DNA of 61,746 nt, counting the filler, from Globobulimina sp. (Eukaryota), in the NCBI GenBank assembly GCA_003354225.1. It is 19 parts of 19 records of this genome, joined end to end, with 100 filler letters (N's around TTAATTAATTAA, not from the genome) between each part and the next. Parts side by side here need not be neighbours in the genome. Positions count along the whole stretch, not along the records: positions 45,588 to 48,739 come from PIVH01003571.1; positions 48,840 to 51,991 come from PIVH01003572.1; positions 52,092 to 55,243 come from PIVH01003573.1; positions 55,344 to 58,495 come from PIVH01003574.1; 15 more parts are not named here. One strand, written 5' to 3'. This document shows positions 45,488-58,105 of the stretch, in pieces (the first letter of the stretch is position 1; every line of letters begins with the position of its first letter). The position numbers were made by a program, and so were the translations under genes. The notes beneath the pieces are model-generated. The model had not been told where the DNA came from and ran no database searches. It saw only the letters and a program-made list of their open reading frames with translations.

Positions 45488-45588
45488 NNNNNNNNNNNNN
45501 NNNNNNNNNNNNNNNNNNNNNNNNNNNNNNNTTAATTAATTAANNNNNNNNNNNNNNNNNNNNNNNNNNNNNNNNNNNNNNNNNNNNA

Positions 45589-48107
45589 TATTTTCCATAT
45601 GAGTACGTCTATCCAGAACAATATGATTATATGTTTGCATTAAAACAAACATTAGATATTGACAATGGAGGCCATTGCCTCTTAGAAATGCCCACCGGAA
45701 CTGGTAAAACTGTATCATTATTATCATTAATTGTATCCTATCAATTAAGCAAGCCATTAATTGGAAAACTAGTTTATTGTACGCGTACTGTGCAAGAAAT
45801 GGATAAAGTTATGATGGAAATTAAACGTGTATTTGCTTACATTGATAAAGAACTTTATCCAGAAGCAAAAGCAAACGACATTGAAATGGAAGACAACAAA
45901 AACAATAATCAATTCATTAAAAAACGTAAAAATCTGTGTGTTTGTTTATCAGCGCGAAGAAATTTATGCATCCATCCACATGTAAAACAATTTGACGATC
46001 CAAAAAAGGTTGATTCATTATGTCGCAATCGAACTGCTTCATGGATACGGAATGCACAAAATGTGTCAAACAATGCTTTATGTCAATATTATGAAGGTTT
46101 GTCTCAAAGAGCACCTTGCACCAAATATATTAATTACTATTCATGCCATGTACAGGTTGGCAAGCTATTGGCACTGACGCTGCATTGGAAGGAATATATT
46201 CTTTGAGCGACTTAAAGCAATTGGGTCAAAGTAAGGGTTGGTGTCCATACTTTCTATCCCGACAGTTATTAAACATCGCAAATATTGTGGTATATAATTA
46301 TCAGTACATGTTGGATCCGAAAATCAGCAATTTAGTCTCCAAAGATCTCAGCAAAGATTGCATTGTCGTATTTGACGAAGCACATAACATCGATAATATT
46401 TGTATTGAAGCTTTATCCGTAAAAATAGATCGACGAACACTGCACGGCGCCTCCAACAACTTAACAAATTTGAATAAGTCAGTCAATGATTTACAGAAAT
46501 CGGACGCGCAGCGATTACAAAACGAGTACGAAGCATTGGTTCAAGGACTGGCTCGTTCTGCGTTGTTGGAGGACAATGATTTGGCCTCCACTTTGGTTGC
46601 AAATCCTGTTCTAAGCGATGATTTGGTGAAGGACGCAGTGCCCGGAAACATTAGGAAAGCCAAACACTTTTTAAATTTTCTAAAATCGTTTATTGAGTAT
46701 TTGAGAAATAATATGAGCTCTAATCAAGTCACAGTGGAAGAGTCTGTCATATTTTTAAATAAGTTTCGAGCCTCGACTCGAATGCGAGAGAATCAAATAT
46801 TAGCATTGAAATACTGTCATGACAGATTACAATCATTGTTCAGAACATTACGCATTGCGGATTTGGATCGATATAACCCGTTAACAATTGTGTCTAACTT
46901 TGCATCATTAATTGGGACATACGATACAGGCTTTACAGTGTTGATCGAGCCATATGATGCAAGGACACCGCATTTACGCGATCCTATATTGCGGCTGGTT
47001 TGCATCGATGCATCTTTAGCTATGAAACCGGTGCTGAATAAATTCAGAAATGTGGTGATCACTTCAGGCACTTTATCACCGATCGATTTCTACCCAAAAA
47101 TATTAAACTTTGAGCCGAAGATTGCGAAGTCGTTTGATATGACGTTGTCGCGAGAATGCATTTGCCCAATGATCGTAGCAAAAGGAAATGATCAGATACC
47201 AATTACTTCGAAATACGAAGCACGTTCTGATCCATCGGTGATTAAGAATTATGGCGAATTACTGCAACAAATGAGCTCTGTCATACCGGATGGCATTGTT
47301 TGTTTTTTTACATCGTATGCGTATATGGAAGAGATTGTAACGGAATGGAGTAAGTTGAATATATTGCAGGGCATTATGGAGAATAAGTTGATATTCATTG
47401 AGACTAAGGATATTGTGGAGACCTCGTTGGCGTTGGATTCATTTAAGAAAGCATGTGATTGTGGTCGTGGTGCTATATTTTTATCGGTGGCTCGAGGCAA
47501 AGTAGCAGAGGGCATTGATTTTGATCGACATTATGGTCGTTGTGTGATTTTATTTGGAATTCCGTTCCAGTATTCACGCTCTCGAGTGTTGCAGCTGAGG
47601 TTAGAATTTATAAAACGGCAACACAATATTTGCGAGCATGAGTTTTTAGCATTTGATGCATTGCGCCAAGCCGCACAATGTGTTGGCAGAGTGATTCGAA
47701 GTAAGTTAGATTATGGCTTAATGATATTTGCAGATAATCGATATTCGCGCAGTGATAAAAGAAAGAAATTGCCACAATGGCTGTCAAATTATCTTAAATT
47801 GGAATATATTAATCTAAGTACGGATGTTGCTGTTGATATTGCTACAAAATTTGTTAAAAAAATGGCACAACCACATGATAAAAAAGATGAAATTGGTAAA
47901 TCTTTATTGTCTTTAAATGATATTCAAAAACGAATTGAAGTGTTAAAATCACAATATATGGATATGGATGATAATGAGAATAATGAGCAGGCATTTCAGC
48001 AAAATCAATTTGCTGTGGTTGATATAAGTTTGTCGCAGTCGCAAGTGCCCAATAATAACAGGAATGGGAACAATCAAAATCGTATTGAAAGTATGAATGT
48101 TGAATGA
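45589..48107 (+). CDS. ERCC2: TFIIH helicase XPD/Rad3; intron 46097-46155; extreme 5' end missing
   Basis: FPYEYVYPEQY, LEMPTGTGKT, Fe-S Cys (NLCIHP, WCPYF), FDEAHNID, ITSGTLSP, SVARGKVAEGIDF, QCVGRVIR. Confidence 0.97.
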
Positions 48108-48255
48108 AAAGTAATGACTTTCTTCAGTTACAACACAATTGTTCTTTCGTATCATCTGCTGATCCCCTAAAACAATCAGTATTTCTGTGCCTCCATCTGT
48201 GCCTCCGAACAAAACGAGTTGCGGATTTGCGGATTTTGTGTGCAGCTAGGATGGA

Positions 48256-48426
48256 ATGGTTATTGTGAATAAAAAGAAGATCTGTGCTTTCTGTCAAAAT
48301 ATCCAAATTAATATGCAAAGATGCAGTGGTTGTAAATATGTATTTTACTGCAACCGATTGTGTCAACAAAAAGACTGGAAACCAACTCATAAAACCATAT
48401 GTGCTACAATCAGAAAATTCATTTAA
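48256..48426 (+). CDS. Small MYND zinc-finger ORF (56 aa; not in the ORF track)
   Basis: CAFC..RCSGCKYVFYCNRLCQQKDWKPTHKTIC is a complete MYND pattern. Confidence 0.7.
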   Translation: MVIVNKKKICAFCQNIQINMQRCSGCKYVFYCNRLCQQKDWKPTHKTICATIRKFI

Positions 48427-48839
48427 ATGTTAGAACTCTTCAAAGTGATTTTATCCTTAGATTTAATATTTTATTTAGCTACACTATATAGGTTAAATAC
48501 CGGCTGTTCTAATTTCAACTATAAATGCTGTTTCTATCTGACGGTATATCGTTGTCATATGACGGTGTAATTGTTTCTATTTGTCCATACCAATTACTTT
48601 TGCTTGGTTTGCAAGATACTCAACAAAAACTTCAACTAACAAACTCACTCACTCCTCTTTCCAATTAACCAACCTCTTGTTTCCCTGATCAGATCAAACG
48701 GCGGACCGTTGACTTATTAGTAAATTAAATCACAAACAGNNNNNNNNNNNNNNNNNNNNNNNNNNNNNNNNNNNNNNNNNNNNTTAATTAATTAANNNNN
48801 NNNNNNNNNNNNNNNNNNNNNNNNNNNNNNNNNNNNNNN

Positions 48840-49562
48840 TTTCATATCCATTCCTTTTTAGCCATATTCGCATCTATATTATTTATGTCCATCTCAGTGT
48901 TTTATCCAATGTCCAAAGTTAAAAAAAATTACCTGACGACAGAAATGGAACCAGATTTAATTCGGGAAAGGTCGCTTTCGAGTGGTAATTCTAAATCTAA
49001 TCCGGAACAATCGACACTGCCAAGTTGTTGGTCAGAATATGTGTCAAAGGAGCAAAATATAAATGTTTTTATGAGATATTTAGTGAAAGAATTTTGTATT
49101 GAAAATTTAACGTTTGTCTTAGAATTTTGTCAGTTAAAAAAATATCATTTCGATAAAGGAACATTTTGCCATCGTAATGTAACTGGTATTGAGGATTTGG
49201 GATTTTATGTCAATTTTGCAACAGAAAATATTGTGCAATCTGAGATTATTGAGGCTAATACCACTTTAATTCAACAATTAGCATTAATGTATAATAAATA
49301 TATACAAACTGGATCCTTATTGGAAATAAATATAAGTTATAGTCAAAGAACAGAGCTTGATGAATATTTCAATGACGTCGACAGTGATAAAATAAATAAT
49401 ATTAATAATTTAAAAGCCGTACAATTATTTGATGAGTCATTGATTGAAATATCAATATTATTGATAGCCTCTTATTGCAGATTAAAACAACATGTTATTA
49501 ATGTGCCTGCATTTGTCGATGAAACTATTATTGCAATTCAAATGTCTGATAATCAAAAATAA
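48840..49562 (+). CDS. RGS-domain protein preceded by a TM helix (probable TM/7TM-RGS), 5' partial
   Basis: Frame open from contig start (FLAIFASILFMSISVFYP); FMRYLVKEFCIENLTF, YNKYIQTGSLLEINIS, LFDES..SYCRL. Confidence 0.85.
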   Translation, partial: FHIHSFLAIFASILFMSISVFYPMSKVKKNYLTTEMEPDLIRERSLSSGNSKSNPEQSTLPSCWSEYVSKEQNINVFMRYLVKEFCIENLTFVLEFCQLKKYHFDKGTFCHRNVTGIEDLGFYVNFATENIVQSEIIEANTTLIQQLALMYNKYIQTGSLLEINISYSQRTELDEYFNDVDSDKINNINNLKAVQLFDESLIEISILLIASYCRLKQHVINVPAFVDETIIAIQMSDNQK

Positions 49563-50443
49563 ATAAACACACACTTTGTTTATGTTGTATTGTATTTATC
49601 TATAATAATGATCTGTTATTTTTCTTCATCGTGATTATAGTTACACTGTATAATCACTAATCAGACTAGTTAGGTATAAATTTGTAGTTTGTTGTATATA
49701 TTCAGAATTGTTTGTGTACAGCCACGCGTGTCACGTTTTTTTTAACTGAATACTGTCATATATTCAGCAAATATATATTTATCACAAACTTTGTACTTGT
49801 ATATGAATCTTAAAGTAAGATTAAAACCAGTTTACCATTATAATTACCAGCAAAAGAATTCGAAGAACAAACGCAGCTAAAGAATGATCAACAAACACCT
49901 ATGTTTTGTAGCATGTAATATTTCTTGCAATTAATAGTCATGAAAAAGCTCTGGGTAATCCAGTGTACCATTGAATATGTTTGATTTGCTTTGTTTTGTT
50001 ATTTTTTGTCCCATGAAACCAATCAAGAAAGCAGAAACCATAAATATTATCATCATCATTATGAAAACGAAAGGAAAAGGAGCTAGCTTTACAATATGAT
50101 TAAATTATATTTACAAAACGTTAAACGTATAATAATAAAAAATTTAAATAGATGACTATACATTTAGTTATCGCGCTTCACCTTGCATATCCACCCTGTT
50201 AAAGACTTTTCTTTGGACAGATTCACCATGGACACAGACATGTTGAAATGAGCAACGTTTACTTACCTCTCACTTACCAATCGACTTGAAATCCTAAAAC
50301 GCAGTACTTCGAAGATTTTTTGACGTCTATTCAACCATGCTGTAAAGCTGCGATGTCTATCAAAACTTAGTCAAATCAATCACAAAAGAGGTTGAAAGAA
50401 GTGTGAATCTAAAAAATCAACTGACTCGAATTTCAAAACATTG

Positions 50444-51960
50444 TCATCGCTCTTCAAGATTGGAGAAGGGAGTATTTTGCAACAAAGGGTTATTTAAACC
50501 AAAAACTGCATCTGAAGACTGATTATCATTCTCCTGCAGCTGACGTTGATAATTTTCCTGTTCTTCCTCATTCAATCTTGACTGTAAAATCTTTTGTTCC
50601 ATTTCCATTTGTTTGTAATATTCACCCATCAAATCATATCCATTTGATTTATCCACCAATTTACAAACATCCTTCATTGAATTCAAATCCGTAATAGAAA
50701 ATTTGACAAACGACACCAAGCCATAATCATTTATACATTGTGCTAATGCGTTATTTAAGCGTTTAAACTTTTTCTCAATCTCTAACAATTCATTATCATT
50801 CTTATTACTATACATAAACTGTGACAATCTCTCCAAATCTTGTCCATCCGTATAAAAATCCAGTGGCATTACAATACTTTTATCATAATGGTCAATTAAA
50901 TCACATTTACTCAACACATTAATATGTGGCAGTTCTAAATGTAACATCATTGCTGTTGTCATTAATGCCACCGATATAAACTTTGAGCTATCATTTGTTC
51001 GCAAATCTGTACAACAATGATAGCAATCCACCAGATTTACACATGACAATCGATAATGCCATTCATTCACAATAATATTGCTTATTTTCCTCATAAATGG
51101 ATGATGGATATATAGCTCAATCTGTCCCGGACAGTCAAATATCAAATAGGTATCATCGTTGTTTATTGAATTTAAACGTTTCTGTAACCACTCCATGTTC
51201 GCAGACAAGTATTCTAAACAATAAATCAATGAGCCGTTGGGTCCCAAATGCAACTCTTGAGCGACATCATCGGCGCTTATTAATTCAGTGATATTTATCA
51301 ATGGATGATATTCCATATTCTCGTTGTTTGGATCTAAATTAATTATTGCCACATTCCGATGTAATACATTTGTCATATATTGCTGCATTACATTGCAATA
51401 CGTTGTTTTACCGGAGCCTGGCGGGCCTACTACCAATTGACCATAAAATATCTTATTTTTTGCTTTGTTTGGATCAGTATTATCAGTGGCATTGTTATTA
51501 AATATTTGTTTGAATGCTTCGTATTCGATTGTTTGCTCAATTTTATTTATTTTTGTTTGGCGTTTGGTTTTATTTTTAATTTTATTTGCTTTGAGAAATG
51601 ATTTTTTTGCTTGGATGATTTGTTTGATACCATTTACTTCTTGGATTGCTTGCGCATTTTTGGGCTGTAGCTTTAACACTTTTTCATAGTCTTTTAATGA
51701 TAAATTGAATTTTCCCAATGCTTTTCTGGCTGCACCGCGACGTAAGTATCCTTTCACATATTTTGGTGCTAAGTGCAAACATTTTGAACAATCATCTTCT
51801 GCTTGTTGGTATTTCCCAATTTTCAGATAGCACATTGCACGGTTTGCGAATGGTAAATAATTTGAATTATCAATTCCAATGCATTTTGTGTATTCCCTCA
51901 TTGCATCATGGTATTTATTTGCACGATAAAAATCATTCCCAGCGCTTTTAATATTGACAT
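50444..51960 (-). CDS. GPN2: TPR (RPAP3/SPAG1-like clamp) fused to GPN-loop GTPase 2; 5' partial
   Basis: KSAGNDFY..ANRAMCYLK..YVKGYLRRG (TPR x3) in one uninterrupted frame with YGQLVVGPPGSGKTTYC, NLDP, LGPNG, FDCPGQIELYIHH, LPHINVLSKCD. Confidence 0.88.
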
Positions 51961-52222
51961 CTGCCTATTCATTTAAATAATATTACAGATCNNNNNNNNN
52001 NNNNNNNNNNNNNNNNNNNNNNNNNNNNNNNNNNNTTAATTAATTAANNNNNNNNNNNNNNNNNNNNNNNNNNNNNNNNNNNNNNNNNNNNTTGATTATT
52101 GGTTGGTGTTTCTTTCATACTAAAATCTTGATCTTTGTCATATGCTTTTTTTTAAAGAAAACATAAAAAAAAAATAAAAACAGTTTCCAAAAAATGATGA
52201 TATATCAAAAAATAGAAACGGT

Positions 52223-52627
52223 TTAACTACATGAATCAGTGGTTGAATCTTTCTCAATTTCGAATAAATTCTCATCATCCTCTTCCCGCCATAACTCTTT
52301 TGCTGTAATATCTGCAACATATGGTCGTAATTGGGTTATTAGGTTGTTACATTTGGTGCAAATATTGGGATATTGATTGTATTTATTGTAATGTATTTTA
52401 TCTTTGCAATGTGTACATTGTATCTGCCACACAAACATGCCCTTATCCAAAGGAATATATTCTTGTTCCATTCTGTTTATACTATGGTTTGCAGAGTGAG
52501 GGGAACAAAGAGGAGTGTAAGTTGTTTTTTTGAAGTGTTTAGCTAAAAACTTTGGCTTAAAGCTCAAACGAGTCAATAAATTTTTCATTTTGTATATTAT
52601 TATAAACAATTTGTACATTATAAACAA
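52223..52627 (-). CDS. Small protein with CxxC..CxxC zinc ribbon
   Basis: CTHCKDKI..CTKCNN; start uncertain. Confidence 0.45.
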   Translation of the reverse strand: MFIMYKLFIIIYKMKNLLTRLSFKPKFLAKHFKKTTYTPLCSPHSANHSINRMEQEYIPLDKGMFVWQIQCTHCKDKIHYNKYNQYPNICTKCNNLITQLRPYVADITAKELWREEDDENLFEIEKDSTTDSCS

Positions 52628-52636
52628 TAATTATTA

Positions 52637-53815
52637 TCACTGGTTGCTGTGTTTTCCATCCATTTTATCCCATAATGCATTTAACTCATCACTAGTAAGT
52701 GCAGTTGGTGTTTTGTTTAACAGCTCTATGTATTTATTATCATCATGTAAAGATTTGCCCAAACAGTGATTTAATGTCTCTTGTTTGAAAATCATCGCAG
52801 TTTCTCTGTTAATTTTGCGAAACACATTGGATATTCCAGGCTTACAATGGTTCCATGACTGCACAGAGTGTGGGAAATGATCCTGAAGCCACTTAACTAT
52901 CTCAAAAACCTCTCCTTCCAGTATCGGCATCAACAACGTATGGTTTAAAACAATGGCAGATTGGTGTTTGGTACGAAAATGAATTGCAGAGTTTGCCCAT
53001 AATTTTAACACTCTCACAAATTTAAACCAACTTTTGTGGTCAAAATGTGCAGCTATCGATCCAAAGGCTTCATATCCATTACATTGAAATTGGTCGAGCA
53101 CGTCACGACTTGCACCGTAAGCTGCTTGGAACCGATGCATAACTAAATCCAATATCAACTTAACTACTTCTGGGTTATGTTCATCATTGACTGGCTCACC
53201 TTCAATCAAAATTGGGGGGTTGTTTTTTATTTTTTCCCATTCATTTGATGTTATTTTAAAAGCTTGTGCACCATAATAATGTTTCGCCCCATCACCATCT
53301 GTTAATATTTTATGCATTCCATATTTTGAGTTGCCATATTTGGGGCCCCACCAAACCTTAGCTCTTCCTCTGACATTATCATAATTATTTTCATATTTGG
53401 AGCCTGGTTTTGGCGAGTAAAGACCACCAGTTTCTTTACTGTAATAATTAAACTCTTTATAAACTAATGATGCAGAAGCAATCGATAAAGCTTTCACTTC
53501 ATTCGGTGAATATAAACCAATATCTGTTGTGCCACCAATCGGTTCGCCATTTCCAAACCACACCGGATCGATTCTTGTGTAGTAAAAATTTGCTCCGTCT
53601 TGGCGATAAAAATCAGGCGGGCGAAAAACACATTGATTCGGATATTTTAATTTTACCCATTGCACCAAACAAGATCCACCTTTGAGACTTTTCTGCCAAT
53701 GTCTTTTTTCTTCAGCAACCACACCGTTTCTATCATGTAACTGATCATGATTCACATCTTCAATGTTGAAAACAATCAAACTCAGTCTGCGAGCGAGCTG
53801 AACAGGTGATAACAA
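52637..53815 (-). CDS. AlkB-family (ALKBH5-like) 2OG-Fe(II) dioxygenase domain
   Basis: CNGYEAFGSIAAHFD (NxY..HxD), SAIHF, PILEGEV, PHSV, NVFRK; upstream RAKVWWG..YYGAQ recalls the ALKBH5 lid region. Confidence 0.65.
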   Translation of the reverse strand: MLSPVQLARRLSLIVFNIEDVNHDQLHDRNGVVAEEKRHWQKSLKGGSCLVQWVKLKYPNQCVFRPPDFYRQDGANFYYTRIDPVWFGNGEPIGGTTDIGLYSPNEVKALSIASASLVYKEFNYYSKETGGLYSPKPGSKYENNYDNVRGRAKVWWGPKYGNSKYGMHKILTDGDGAKHYYGAQAFKITSNEWEKIKNNPPILIEGEPVNDEHNPEVVKLILDLVMHRFQAAYGASRDVLDQFQCNGYEAFGSIAAHFDHKSWFKFVRVLKLWANSAIHFRTKHQSAIVLNHTLLMPILEGEVFEIVKWLQDHFPHSVQSWNHCKPGISNVFRKINRETAMIFKQETLNHCLGKSLHDDNKYIELLNKTPTALTSDELNALWDKMDGKHSNQ

Positions 53816-55243
53816 ACTGATCTTAATATTATAGCAAATTTTTCAGTGTTAATATTATGCCGTAGCAGGTGTCCCATTTGTTTGTCTGTTTGAGTATCAA
53901 ATAAATCAAATTGAAAGATCCAATTCTTCGCCTCACTCGCTTCATATTTTATTAAATTACAAAAAATGCAAACCGTTAACTTTACATCATCATAGCAATA
54001 CTCTCGATGTTCTGGAACATTCCAAAACTTTGGTGTTTGATGAATGAATGTACCGGCCGGCTGACACCATATATGAAACAATGGATGGTTGTTGTTGGTT
54101 GCACATGATAGGGCAGGAAACCACTCCGGGCGACATATCATGTTACATCTCGGACATTTTGGATAAAATTTATATCGCCCATTGTCTTTGAATCTTGTAA
54201 ATAAAATGGGAAGTCGTGAATTTTCAAAATTTTTAACGTTAAAATGTCGATGTCCTTCACCAGGAACTGTTTGTTTTACTCTGCTTTTATATGAATCTAT
54301 CAATAGTGGTCCGTTGTGGTATCTATATTGTTTTTTGTGCGACATTTTATTACATATCCTTGTGATTATTTTTTGATAACTCTTAGCATTGACATTTATA
54401 GATTTATTTGACCGTTTTGTAGATGCTTTAATAATATGCTGTTTAAATGATGATAAATTATGAAAACAAAAATCAAAATAAAATATAGATGACATGAGGG
54501 GTATAATTGATTTCTCATTCTTGTATTGATAAATGATGGAATTAATTACTGATAAAATAAACGCATATTTATTTTTTGATTTCGCTAATTCATTCAAAAA
54601 ATGATTGTTAATGAAATCCTCCACAAATTGAATATATTTTTCCAGATTTTTGTGTAGAAATAGTCGCAATAATATTTTTTTATCAATATTTCGGTGTGAC
54701 AGCGGAGTATATATAACCTTTGATTTTGGTGCATATATATTTTTTCTCTCTTTTTCGCGTAATTTATGATAGTTTGATTTATAAAATATTTTCCACTTCA
54801 ATTTACTGTCAAAATATTTTTTCTCTTTTACATAACGTCCTTTGCGTATCAAATTATTTATTTTCTGTTTTTTACGTATAAAGCGTCTAATTTTATGTCT
54901 GCATATTTTTTTACGAACAACTTTCTTTTGGTTTTGGTTTGTGTTTTTATTTTGTAAATTATTCGTTTCAGGCCATGGGGTAAGTGAGACTCTATAATAA
55001 TGGCGATCGTAATAAGCTTTGAGTGGGATACGGCCATATTTTTCCACAATATAGCCGGCTGAGCAATTACTCAAATCATCATTATCATCATCATCAAATG
55101 AATCTAAATCAACATCCATTTTTGCTTCAACATCATTTTCGTAATCAGAGATATCTGAAAGCTCCTCCGATGCCAATAAAATAACGGGTTTACACCCTGC
55201 GAAATCGAGTATATCTCCATAATCTTCATATTGAATAGTTATG
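53782..55243 (-). CDS. Protein with acidic and basic tracts and a PHD-like zinc finger, 5' partial; possibly the 5' exon of the AlkB gene
   Basis: CPRC..SC..HPLFHIWC..CIFC; frame open to the contig end; overlaps the next ORF by 34 nt. Confidence 0.5.
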
Positions 55244-55723
55244 NNNNNNNNNNNNNNNNNNNNNNNNNNNNNNNNNNNNNNNNNNNNTTAATTAATTAAN
55301 NNNNNNNNNNNNNNNNNNNNNNNNNNNNNNNNNNNNNNNNNNNTTGCATGTTTGCTTGTGTTTTTAGAAAATTCTGTATGATTTTTTGCCATTATTTTCT
55401 CTGAATATTCCTATGTTTTTTTGTATACCAATTTCAACTGAATGTAAGTATTTATTTGCATGTCGTATGCAAATAAATTCAAAAGTTTTTTTTTTTAATT
55501 TATGTTTTTTTCGTGTTTTTTGTTGAGAAATTTATAACTAATATATTTTAATTACTATATATCAAATAAAAGGTTGTATCCTTGTTTGTGTGTACTATTT
55601 AATTAGTGTTCCTCACTTGTGTATGAGTGAAATCTTTAATTGATATTTCTTAAAGTTTTTGAAGAAAAAAAAAATTACTATATTATTTTCTGGCGGCACT
55701 TTGCAACATTAAATAATAAATGG

Positions 55724-57010
55724 TTATGCATTCTTATCTGCACGTTGTACCTCTCTGACAAATGGTTTACTAAACACCTTACAGAAAGGCAGCGCAACAA
55801 CGGGCATATATTGTCTTCCATACATATAACATAAATACGGATTGACCATAATCCACGATTCTTTTAAACTGTATTTCAAAGCAGTAACATAAAGCTGAGC
55901 ACCGCGATCCAATGCTGTAACATTTCCATATTTATCTGCATACTCACGGACATATGACACATTTGCTTTTCCTCCCATCTCATTATGAGTTGCTTTACTT
56001 GGCATCATTGGTCCTAAGCACATAATATTAAAATCAATATTATCATCCTGTAACTCACATCTTTCACATATTATATGTATATAATATTATTTATATCATG
56101 TATATGGGCACAATTATGTAAGTTTATCATACCTCAAACTCTCGAAAAATCCGTTTATTCCATGTTTGGTCAAAGAATAGAAAGCATAGCCAGGCGACCC
56201 GACTTTCCCCACAAACGAAGATGTGACAGCAATTTGATGCAACTTTCGTTTCTGTTTAGTACTAGTATAACCTCTGAATCTCCATTGTTTCACCATAGAC
56301 TGAGTAAAGCCAATTGGACCAAACATATTAATTTCAGCCAACTTCTTAAATTGTTCCATTTCAGCATACTCAGCTCTGCATTTTTGGATCATTCCACTGT
56401 TTAATATCAATATGTCAATATCTTCACCAATTTCGTCAAAAACGTTGCTGATAAATTTGTCTCCATACTCGCTGTTATAGCTATTTTGAGTGTCACTGAA
56501 AGCGGTTATATCCAACTCTTTCACTATAACATCAATCATAGGGTTAAGAGTGTTGCATTTATTTGCAACCCGTTTCAATTCATTCACGCGTCGCGCTGAT
56601 ATTATGATCCTTTTTGGTGCAGCTTCCTGTTGCAATGAACATAAATTATATGCGATATATTCGCCGATGCCGGAGCTAGAGCCAATTATCCAAATTGTTT
56701 TGTTGGCAAAATCTTTGGATTTCGAAACAGAACCAATACTACGACGGATTTTTTGGACAATAGAATTTTCAATGTTCCGTTTTGTTCTGTATTGATCAAG
56801 AAAGTATGTAATAAAATCTGCGTCAACCATAAAGAACCATGCTGCGAAACCAAGAGAAAATATTGTTAGCCGACGATAAAATCTTCGACGTCTCCATCCA
56901 GGTGGTCTTCTGACATGAATTGGTGAGAAATTATTGTTTGGTTTAGCAATGAATGAACGATTTACATGCAGTTTTGAAGAATGCATATGTTTGAATACTC
57001 GTGACAACAT
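55724..57010 (-). CDS. Short-chain dehydrogenase/reductase (DHRS7-like); intron 56061-56132
   Basis: WIIGSSSGIG, ISARR, DILILNSG, catalytic YSLTK; spliced ESLRCELQDDNIDFNIMCLGP; N-terminal TM segment. Confidence 0.88.
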
Positions 57011-57274
57011 TATTGAGATGGTTTTTTTGATACACTGCAAGGTTTTTTTGTGGCATACTAAATATGAACCAATGTATTCACAACAAATGGTCTCTTTCTC
57101 TTAGAAATGACAGATTGGATAATATTATATATCAATATTTCGATCGTATACAATTTGTAACAAAAGTGTTTCCGTCAATTATGTTCTTAATTTTCCTGAT
57201 CATTACAACGATACGCATAAGATATGCAGTAAATTTCCCGGAGACAAGGATTAATTTAAACAATTTAAAATGGA

Positions 57275-58105
57275 TCAAACATACATATGTTTATGAGCGT
57301 GATTACAACAAAAATATTGATTGCCACTGTCGCAAGTTTGGCAATTTACAAATGTACATTTCTTATGTCTATTTGAGATATCATGTTTACATTGAATACA
57401 AATAAATGTTTTACATTCTTCAAAATGGCATCTTTCAAACAATGACTGTCCATCAATTCCAACACATGATTTATGATAAAACTCAGTCATTTTATTACAT
57501 CCCACACATTTTAAATTAACATCGTCAGATTGACATTTCCAACATACCTTTGCTATGTCTCTACAATAACAATAATTACATTCTTTAAAACAATAATTAC
57601 ACTCAATTCTATATTGTTTACATTCAATACATTTAAATTGGAGCACCTCTGTATTATTTACATTGCTTTCATTATTTTCGGAATAATAACATACGTCACA
57701 TTCTATATTATCTTCAAATTCTTTATTTGTACATGAATAATATTGGCATTTTAGATATCGATGATATTTATTAGAGAAGTCATTGCAATGATTTTCATGC
57801 TTTGTTTTTGAGATAGATATCGATTTTATTCTTTGTTTACTATAATTTGACGGTGATTGGATTGGTTTATTTTGGTTATGATAGTTATTAATATTAGAAA
57901 TTGATGATAGTTGTGAATTTGCACGGTATTTGGCATTTAAATGGATGTCATTCGACACACATATTGGCTGATAATTATAACCATGCTCTCTATGGATAGA
58001 TGGACCTGGCACTTTGACAGTTAGTTTCTGTCTTTTTCGTTTTCGCGTACGTAAACATGACGCATCTTCTAATTTGCGTTTCTTGCTTTGTTGTAAAAGA
58101 ATCAT
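57275..58105 (-). CDS. Cys-rich (multiple CxxC) hypothetical protein with basic NLS-like N-terminus
   Basis: KKRK/RKRKR followed by many CxxC/CxxxxC pairs. Confidence 0.6.
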   Translation of the reverse strand: MILLQQSKKRKLEDASCLRTRKRKRQKLTVKVPGPSIHREHGYNYQPICVSNDIHLNAKYRANSQLSSISNINNYHNQNKPIQSPSNYSKQRIKSISISKTKHENHCNDFSNKYHRYLKCQYYSCTNKEFEDNIECDVCYYSENNESNVNNTEVLQFKCIECKQYRIECNYCFKECNYCYCRDIAKVCWKCQSDDVNLKCVGCNKMTEFYHKSCVGIDGQSLFERCHFEECKTFICIQCKHDISNRHKKCTFVNCQTCDSGNQYFCCNHAHKHMYV

